A DNA stretch of 60,720 nucleotides, the filler included, from Sphacelaria rigidula (lineage: Eukaryota): NCBI GenBank assembly GCA_964200075.2. It is 7 parts of 7 records of this genome, joined end to end, with 100 filler letters (N's around TTAATTAATTAA, not from the genome) between each part and the next. Parts side by side here need not be neighbours in the genome. Positions count along the whole stretch, not along the records: positions 52,133 to 60,720 come from CAXNAA020010685.1; 6 more parts are not named here. One strand, given 5' to 3'. A program made the position numbers and the translations under genes. Of this stretch, positions 52,033-60,720 are shown in pieces. The notes below the pieces were generated by a model. The model was not told where the DNA came from, ran no database searches, and saw only the letters and a list, made by a program, of their open reading frames with translations. The stretch's first letter is position 1; each line of letters starts with the position of its first letter.

Positions 52033-52132
52033 NNNNNNNNNNNNNNNNNNNNNNNNNNNNNNNNNNNNNNNNNNNNTTAATTAATTAANNNNNNNNNNNN
52101 NNNNNNNNNNNNNNNNNNNNNNNNNNNNNNNN
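52033..52132. other. Artificial contig-joining linker
   Basis: N44-TTAATTAATTAA-N44. Confidence 0.98.
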
Positions 52133-52726
52133 ACATGAGTCGCTGTATGGCCATTTTTTTCGTGACACTTTGAGCTGGTTTTGGGGGGGGGCTATCGTAG
52201 AAAGTGTCGTCTAGTCATTACCATACCTTACGGAGATAGTATCTGCACTAAAATCCATATATATATATGAAACCCCGAACGATACATTCAGCGGATGATG
52301 ATTTTTAGCCGCGAGCACAGATCTTTGTGCAGGAATTTTTGTTCAGCGGTCAATCTCGAAACCTCGGAGCCAAGCGAATCTGAGAAGGAGCAATGGTACG
52401 GTAGGGAGGCACTTTTTTCGCGAAGTCATGTCTAGTTCAGGGGCTCCTAACGATTCTGTATGCACAAAAATATGGGTCAGGGCATCCCCGTTTGCAAATT
52501 CATTCGGTATATCCCCAGCACGTTGGAGTAGTAATCCTGGCGCGTACTTTCACATTTTTTTTCATATATATGTCGTGTTTTGCATGAGATAAAGGGCTCC
52601 TGACAATTCTAACCTCGGAAAATATTTGTGCACCCCTACCGTAGCATCACTCAAAGCAGACTAGGTTCCTCTCTGTGGAGTGATGCAAAGTGTCCGAGAC
52701 GTGTGTTGGCGGTTTTCTTGGTTTGA

Positions 52727-53173
52727 GAGCCGTTCACAATTCCTGTTCATAACTGGCTTTTTGGCCCTTCTCCGTCGTTTTACGCCTGAAATAAGGGCTA
52801 GGCGGCTGTTGACGCTTCGGAATGACTTGCTCCACTCATCGAGGCCGTTCCAGGGCAACTTTGCATTTCTCGCTGGCCGCACTTTCATTTTTGGCCGAAT
52901 ACGGATTTTCAACACAAAACAGTCATCAAGCGTTCAAAAAACAGGGGGGAGATTTAATCGCCTGATGGTTTTTTACTCGAAATTCGTGTTTGACCTGATT
53001 TGGTCAAAAATGAAAGTGCGACCAGCGGGAAATGCAGAGTTGCCCTAGAACGGCCTCAACGCGAGTAGAGCAAGTCGTTCCAAGGCGTCAACATCCGCTG
53101 AGCCCTCTTTTCGAGCGAAAATCGACGGAGAGGGGCCCAAAAGCCAGTTTTCGGCTGGAATTTTGAACGGCTC
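52727..53173. repeat. Long inverted repeat (foldback/MITE-like), arms ~175 bp
   Basis: gagccgttcacaattcc...cgcactttcatttttggcc pairs with ggtcaaaaatgaaagtgcg...ggaattttgaacggctc. Confidence 0.88.
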
Positions 53174-55711
53174 CCATCATTGGAGTTGGCCCAACTTATC
53201 ATGAAAAAAAACATAAAACCTTTTGACACCGACGTAACTTTTTTTATACCTCATGTATTATTGTCCATAACACCAAAGTGTACGCCCCAACTCTAAATAT
53301 TAAATATTGACCGGCGCATGGGCCTGCAAACTTCAAATCCGCCACTAGGCTGGCTCAGCTCGTAAGAAGGTTGAGGTGAAATATTTGGATAGTCGAAACT
53401 GGCGTCGCTGTCTCCTCCCGAGAGGAGAAACGGCATATGTGCATCCTCGTCCATCATCGATGGTCTTATGTTGAGCAGTGGTATGGAGGAACGGATATGA
53501 TTGTTGGGACTTGAGTCGGCGATCAATATTATCCCTCCGCCCACGAAAGATGGGGAAGAAAACAATCAAATGAACCAGCGTGCCCGTTCGACTAAATCCG
53601 TACCCGAGCCCCGAGCTTGTTGAACACGACAAGGAACGTTCCTCCAGGACCACAGGTACGGGGAATAATCGATACGCTCTTATCATATTACGGAGGATCG
53701 TTGTCAGTACTAAACATAGGATTCTATAAAATTAGGTTCATCAATGAAATATCTGCCGGATTCGACGCAAAATGACGAAAGCCAAGCACACGGGCAGATG
53801 GAAACTTCCATGCGTGTGATCTTTTCCGCCAATGCCGCCCATATGAGCGGCTTCATGAAGTCTGAGACCAGCTATCATGAGCTGTGTAGCCCTTTTCTTT
53901 GTGATACTTTTGGGGCTGGTTTGTGGGGGGGGGGGGGAGGGAATCATCGCCGCATCATTCTCAGGACGCAAAGAGTCAAGTCAGGATTACATGGAACAAT
54001 TGTCTTGGCACTGTGAATTTCCCAAGCGTGGACCCCCTGTACCGTAGCGGCCATCGTCCGCATTTCGTTAGGGTCAAGGTTAGGTCAGGTTGGTGGTCAC
54101 GTCACGTTCACGTCATGATACAATTGGCTCCTGGCAGTTTGGTGAAGAGTCCTCCCGTATGTCCTTACTGCTTGACTGGATTTTCGTAGGGAGATCCAGC
54201 ATCATTGATACGTGGAACACGCACCCGCAAAGTCCGGAAAGGAACGGGAATTCCTGCTACGTTGACGGTATGTCTCGACCTCTCCTCACGGCACATACCG
54301 TCAACTTTTGTGATTAACAACCACGTGCATACATCATGAGAATGGGGCGGGAACGGAAGAAAGTGGGGGACTCGGGACGGCACGGGAACCCCGTCCCTCA
54401 GAGTGATGCCGCGATAGCCCCTTCAGGAAAGTGGCTGGTTCGAGGAGGCAAAGTCTACATGCAGGAAATAGTCAGAAGCCGAGCACACCGAGCAGCTGGC
54501 AACCCCAACGCCCAGGATCGCTTTCGTCCGTGTCGCCCTCACGAGGCGCTGCATACAGTCTGGAATCAACTATTATATGCGCTGTATGGCCAATTTCGTG
54601 ACAGGTTTGGGGCTGGTTTGGGGGGGGGGGGGGGGAGGGGTGGGCTATCGGGGCATCAGTCCCTTGACAAACGGCGAGATGAAAAAAAAATCTTTCTGCA
54701 GGCTTTTCCCGCTAGTGTTCCCACCCTGTGAGAACCTCTCGCATCAAGAGCTTCGTATCAACGAGCCAAGGCCACGGGAGCAATCTACCGACCACCCGGG
54801 TCACGGTCAATCTCTTGCCCTATACGACCTGACCACGGGCTGGATTGTCGCAATCAGCTAATGTGAGATAATCAATCAATCGATCACGATAAGAGAGGGA
54901 ACACGCCTCGCTTTGGAAAACCTTTGGCAACAGGGCTGCGCCAGCAGTCCTTAGACCACTTTTTATGGGGACCATCCCGAATCTGGCGGGACCCCAATCT
55001 GTGCCAAATCGGGGGGACTCAGATTTGCGAAACTCAGATCCGTATGTACCCTATATTATTATGGCTTCAGACATACTCGTTGAAATAGTTATGTACACGA
55101 AGGGTCACTCTCTGCAGGGGTGTGGTATCACAACAGTAAAGCCGAAGGACAGGCAGGCAGTGACTCATTGTTCAAGAGCAGCGTCGTACCGTGGTACCCT
55201 ATTATAGGATATAATGCAGTGCAGTACACTCCACCATCACAGTGCACGATGATATTGCATGGCAATACATGATGGTACAGCCGGTATTGCGAGAACAGTG
55301 CACTGTTCAACAAGAATTTACGAGTGCAGTGCCGCTCATCACCCTACAAGTACAGCGACAGCAGAGAGTAGGATAGTACACTACTACTGTTCGTTATGAT
55401 GATACATATAGCAGCGCAGTACAGCATAAAATATTACCACCGCCGCAGGGCTCGTACGGCATCACCACTTTTAATCCGCTTGCCAAACTCCATGCGAAGG
55501 GGTTCCAGCAGCTGGAGCTTTCAGACACGGCTTGTGCTGTCACGAGACTGCCTGCTGCTGGGTTTGTGAAAATATCAAACACCTGTTGTTGCCGTATCAT
55601 CATACGTCAATGTACGTACATCGCTTCCTACAAATTCGGGGGACCTCGATTTTCCGCCGATCTGGGCTCAGATTCGGGGAAAACTATTCTGAAATCAAGA
55701 CATGCGAATCA

Positions 55712-56130
55712 ACAGTGGATTCTCAAAAATGGGGTTGAACGAAAAAATGAGGTTCAGTTCAAACGTCGTGTCTTCCCTGATCTGAACCCATGACGAATGA
55801 CTTTCATATGGACGACCCCATCCCTCCCGACCTCCCAAAAACTATTTCGGGCGATTTCTAGCCTCTCGTTCCCGCGAAGGGTATGTGCGAAAACACATTC
55901 TGCCTCGATTCCGGGGTGAAGAAAGGGATACTTTTTGCCCAAGAATCGTGCGTCTGCACATACTCTTCGGGGGAACGGAAGGTCAGAATTTCCCTGCAAT
56001 AGTTTGAGGGGGGTTTGGATGGATGGGACCGTCCATATGAAAGTTATTTGTCATGACTTTAGGTCAGGGAAAGCACGACTCTCGAGTTGAGCCTCGTTTT
56101 TTGTTCAACCCCATTTTGAGAATCCGTTGT
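55712..56130. repeat. Long inverted repeat (MITE-like), arms ~150 bp
   Basis: ggattctcaaaaatggggttgaac...actttcatatggacg pairs with cgtccatatgaaagt...gttcaaccccattttgagaatcc. Confidence 0.85.
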
Positions 56131-58199
56131 TAATCTGAACTTCCCCGCATTGGGCCAAATTGGGATCCATAATAGGCGTTTCCCGGTTTGAGTTCCTCTG
56201 ATTTCCGTACAGATCGAGATTTATGCCTGGCATAAAAAATGGTCGTATTATAGCACGAGGAACCCGCGGTTCCTCTCTTTAGGCAGAATACGTCGTCATA
56301 CTGGAGGCATCTCCAACCGACGTACGACACCGTCCAGTTGTTGTTCGTGAATCGTCATTACTGGAGAAGGCGCAACAAAAAACGTATGCTCCTCCATCGA
56401 TCAGTAGCAGCGAAATAGAGATGAAAGTGGATCGCCATGTCCTGATCTCCGTGTGTCGATTTTGAAACGACGCTCACTATTGGAATTGAGTGCTCCGTCT
56501 GCAAGTAGTAATGCTCGCGACATGGTGTACCGCCACTCAATGATATACTTCGTGCTTTTTTTTTTCTTCGCAAAAACAAAAAAAATAATCAACAAACTAC
56601 ACACATGTTCAAGTTTCCCAACAAACGTCCCTCCTTCAACAAATAAAAAAATATCATTATTAGAAAGAAAGACAACTAATACCGCGGCGGTGACTGGCAA
56701 AAAGGTTTGCGACAGTTAACCACACTACAACAGACGAACAAATTTACAAAGAAAATTTGCCGCCGCCCTTCCCGCGCCACGCGGGGTTGATTCTCACTAC
56801 TGGTACAGCGTGGTTCTCTTCGCGTCTCCATTGATGGAAACCAAAAGATGGCACCTATTCTCTTTGCACCAACGTACCTTTTCAGGCATCCGCTTATCTC
56901 CGGACACTGACTGGATACTAGAACGCTGTTGGCCGCACTGGAGAGCTGGGAACTCCCACCACTATCACGTGCTCTAAATAGCAGCAGCTTTAGGAAAATA
57001 ATAAAAACGAAAAAAAAAAACTAAGAACGGGTGTGGTGTTCATTTGATCACAACACCAATGGAAGGGGAAGGAAGACACACGCAACACACAACGAAAAAA
57101 AGAGGACAGACCCGGAACCTGCTCCAAATATATATCATGCTACTACTGGATGTATCTGGGAAAAGGCGCGCAAACGCGTAGCAAAAAACTCAAAAGATAG
57201 TTCACTGCTTCATCTGTGTGCGTCGTACCTTCACTATTATCCCCCACGCATGACCAACGCAACAAACTATGTAACGACAAAACCTCTGCCGACGGTGACA
57301 AACAAAAAAAGGGGGGGGCGGGGGGAGGGGTTGGTCTTCTCATGTGTACAATCATCTTCCAATCCAAACCTCTCTATATAGGTAAGTACGAAAATGTTTT
57401 TCCGAAAGGTAACCAATTCAGCAGCAACAAGCCAAAACCTGGTAAAAATACTGTGTAGCCAGATAATCAAAGCATGTGCCCAAATATCACACGCCCCGGC
57501 CACACGGGCGAAGCACTCGACACACACCTCACTCCACACGTTTTACTCAAAACACTACAATCACCACATCCTACCGAAACAATCACATCTACTACCCACC
57601 CACAAACTCGCCCCGCTCCCCAGCTCAACATAGCACGTCCAACCTGCTGAAAAGAATCTCAACTCATGTGTCGGGGTACGGAGAGACATAATTTTTTTGC
57701 CAACGGCGAATGTCTTCACAGTTTACTTTACCCCCTCTACGCCCCCAACGGAGTGCAGTTAGTCACTCTGTGACAGGAACCTCCTACAACCATCACTACA
57801 CGCTCATCACATTCGTGGCAAAAATCTTGACGTTATTCCTCTCAACAACTACGCTGCCTGCCTTCCACATGCCGCAGGCATTTTTATGCCCACATCATCC
57901 CACTCTCTGTGTCTTGCAACCGTATCATCTCAACTCTACCCGGGCGTTCCTACGCTAGACATCAAATCTGGTACTGACCCCAAGACATTGACGGATTCAC
58001 AGAGCGAGTACGCGGGGAGACACGAAGCGCAACATGTCCACCCTCCACCCCCATTTCCACGCACCCAAAGCAAAGAAAAATCTCGGCAGACTCGGCGGAG
58101 AGGAGATTAATATACGGAAACTCGCACAAGTATCGGATAATCGAACTTGTATCACGGCCGCGACAGCTAAGACCGCAGCAGTGCAGGATGGAGAAAAGG

Positions 58200-58247
<48 letters not shown>
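58200..58247. repeat. (GCAA)n microsatellite downstream of the SDR-like stop
   Basis: Directly visible run of about 12 GCAA units. Confidence 0.95.
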
Positions 58248-58248
<1 letters not shown>

Positions 58249-58330
58249 AAGAGCAGAAAATAAACGAAGCAATACAGAAGAGACAGGAGTGGCTCCTCCC
58301 CTCCCCCACACCCAACGCTCCAATCATTGA

Positions 58331-59287
58331 TTAGTTCGTTGCTCGTGACGAGAGACCACCATCAACAACGAGATTTTGACCCGTTACAAACCCGGCGCGG
58401 CTCGACAGCAAAAACGCCACCGCCGATGCCGCATCCTTACCCGACCCCGCCCGCCGAACCAGTCCCGATGAGGCCTGAGTACCCCCACCCCCATTCATCT
58501 CGCCCGTGCCCACCGGCACGCTCACAGCATTCACGCGGACATGCGGTCCCGAGCTAACCGCCAGAGCGTTCGTGAGCGCCACGAGCCCTCCCCCAGCGGC
58601 GGCTAGCGTCTCCCCGCCCTGCTGCTTTGCCTGCCCGTGGGACACGTTCCACGCCACATTCACGATGGCGCCGCCTCCGCCGCCGGCACCCACAGTCCCT
58701 GACGAACACGCCGCCTTCAGCAGCGGAAGCGCGTGCTTGACGGCAAGCATGGGCTCCGTTAACGTGCCGGCGAGCGTCGCGGCCCACGCAACGGGGTCCC
58801 AGCCCTCCATCGCCGCGGCAGTTCCCGGCGCGCCCTGCACCACCGCCTGCGTCGGCACGCCGGCGGCAGTGTTGCACACGAGACCGTCCATCCCGCCGAA
58901 GGACTCCTTGCAAGTCTCCGCGAGCCTGGCAGCTCCATCTTCCTCCGTTTCCTCGGCGCCCATGTCGAAAAACACGAGGCGGCCGGCGGCAATGGCTTCC
59001 GCCTCGGGGGTGGTTTTACTCTCTCCTCCCTCTCCTCCCTCCCCCTCCCCTTCTATTTCCCCCTCCACCTCCGGGCTTCTCAAACCCGCGGCCACAGCTA
59101 ACTCGTCTGACATGCCACGGTCAGCGGCCACCACCGAGGCACCATCCTGCAGCAGGCGCTTGACAATAGCGGGGCCGCATCCGCGCAGGGAACCGGTAAC
59201 GGCCACCTTCCTGCCGCGGAGACTCTGCAGAGCCTTGACGGTGGATTTTGCCTTGGTCAAGTCGGCCTTGAGGGCGTCTATCTCTGC
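58331..59287 (-). CDS. Terminal exon encoding a short-chain dehydrogenase/reductase (SDR) fold lacking catalytic residues
   Basis: Intact ORF with LRGRKVAVTGSLRGCG (TGxxxGxG), FGGMDGLVCN, GAIVNVA, GGLVALTNALAVSSGPHVRVNAVS and FLLSSRAGFVTGQNLVVDGG. It is preceded by a pyrimidine tract and a CAG acceptor at 59290-59288; a true ATG start at 59293 is also possible. Confidence 0.88.
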   Translation of the reverse strand, partial: AEIDALKADLTKAKSTVKALQSLRGRKVAVTGSLRGCGPAIVKRLLQDGASVVAADRGMSDELAVAAGLRSPEVEGEIEGEGEGGEGGESKTTPEAEAIAAGRLVFFDMGAEETEEDGAARLAETCKESFGGMDGLVCNTAAGVPTQAVVQGAPGTAAAMEGWDPVAWAATLAGTLTEPMLAVKHALPLLKAACSSGTVGAGGGGGAIVNVAWNVSHGQAKQQGGETLAAAGGGLVALTNALAVSSGPHVRVNAVSVPVGTGEMNGGGGTQASSGLVRRAGSGKDAASAVAFLLSSRAGFVTGQNLVVDGGLSSRATN

Positions 59288-60720
59288 CTGCATCGTTGTT
59301 CGTAGCTGGGGGAGTGGGAGTGGTGGGCACGTGGGGAAAGGGGGGAGGGTGGGTGAGGATCACGGTGGAAATACGCTTCAATTCCGTACGGTGGGCATGT
59401 TGGCCAGGTGCTCGGATTAGCCAACGTCACCTCCGAAAGCCGTCGCTGCATAACAGGAAAACACACATACAGCATGGAATTATTCGCTCGTGTAACTCCC
59501 ACAGCAGTAACCTTCACGCAAATGGCACAGAAATACCCCCATGATTGCCGCAATTACACCGCCGCGCCCCGGTTATGTACGGAATGGTACAACTGACACC
59601 ATTGGTTCGGGAAATGTGAATCATGTTCTCGCCAGATGTCTTTGGTTTGGATTCTTCCAGCGAAGAATATGCTTTCCGTTGTTTACAGTGTGAGGACGTA
59701 CGCGAGTACAGTGGGGGTAACGGTTCAAGGGAGACATGTTCGAGGGAATTGCCAGAAGAGAGGTCAAAATGCCCGAGCATACCCCTCTCTAAAACCCAAC
59801 CCACCCGTCATGCCCCCGTTATTTTAGCCCGTCCTTCTTCACAGGCAGTGCAGCAGTCCGTCGTCTTGCTGTCAACAGCACAGTACGAATATATTGATAA
59901 ACAGCTCACAACTTCACTGGCGACAGCACGATGCCTTGCGCAGCGGGTTCGTTATGCCAGCTCTTGCCAGACCACACGCCGAGCCCTCCCGGCTTCCGTC
60001 GGTTTCTGTACTGCTGTAGCACCTAGTATGCGGTTTCATGTTTTTCCGCACTTCCGGGATTTTTTATTCGCTTTTGTGCTTCCGAGATGTGGCGTGTGAT
60101 GCCGGCACACTCTAGTACTGTTGTACAGCAGTAGTGCGGCAGTCAGCTGTACAGCAGTACTTTTGTACTCTCGTGTTCTATTGGCCGGCATATTCAATGT
60201 TGAGGTAGTAGCTTTTAGACCACGGAGTACGGCAGTGGTGTTTTCCCACATCACAACAACGGGGTACCGTGCTAGCTGTGGGTCCTTTATCGCACCATGA
60301 ATAATTGGACAAGTTCAATGAGGCGCTACGACAGAAGCGTACTTCCAACATCTCTTGATTTCACCCATTCTAAAAACTATATTTATATGTATCGTTTCAA
60401 GAAAGGTCTACTGGTGAACCGAGCACAAACCGAGCCCTCGGTTTCCCCGAAAACCCTCCTTGAAGCGATCCAACAGAAGGTGATGTTTGAGATGGATCGA
60501 ATTAGCTCGTCACATCCGTCTCTTGAACGGCAGCCCTCACAGTGGCAAAAAATGTTTGACGAAGATCATTTGATGAAAGTCGACGAGGTGAACGGGTGGT
60601 GATTCACTTCGCGATACATACCAAACTGTACAACGGTATCGGGGGAGGATGGACGGATCCTTCAGTGGGACCACGGAATCGTCCCGAGGCAGGGGGGGGT
60701 GTACTCATGATCATGCATGC

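Noticed and set aside
8634-52088. Regularly spaced TTAATTAATTAA palindromes as a biological periodic signal
   Set aside because: They are always embedded in N44 flanks; this is a synthetic linker.
58506-59420. 304-aa plus-strand ORF
   Set aside because: It is an antisense shadow of the GC-rich SDR-like exon, with no recognisable motifs.
34757-60720. Desaturase + dehydrogenase/oxidase + SDR as a metabolic gene cluster
   Set aside because: The genes lie on three different contigs joined only by size sorting.

Overview
Eukaryotic genomic DNA. Long GT-AG introns, a dense repeat landscape and the gene content suggest a brown alga (Phaeophyceae); this is inference. The window is not one locus. 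It is seven unrelated, length-sorted pieces (1-8589, 8690-17278, 17379-25967, 26068-34656, 34757-43344, 43445-52032, 52133-60720; 8589/8588 bp each) joined by artificial 100-bp linkers (N44-TTAATTAATTAA-N44). I reconstructed six partial spliced genes by hand: (1) a bactofilin-like gene; (2) a DENN-domain gene; (3) a copine/vWA + U-box E3 ligase (RGLG-like, with U-box instead of RING); (4) an omega-3-type fatty acid desaturase; (5) an 8-exon gene encoding a bacterial-type glucose/sorbosone (PQQ) dehydrogenase beta-propeller + PKD domain + apparently the start of a multicopper oxidase; (6) a terminal exon encoding an SDR fold lacking its catalytic tetrad. The rest is mostly decayed Copia, LINE and DIRS/Ngaro-like retroelements, MITE-like hairpins and tandem repeats. 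The best candidates for new biology are the dehydrogenase-PKD-multicopper oxidase fusion, the eukaryotic bactofilin, the copine-U-box ligase and the pseudo-SDR.
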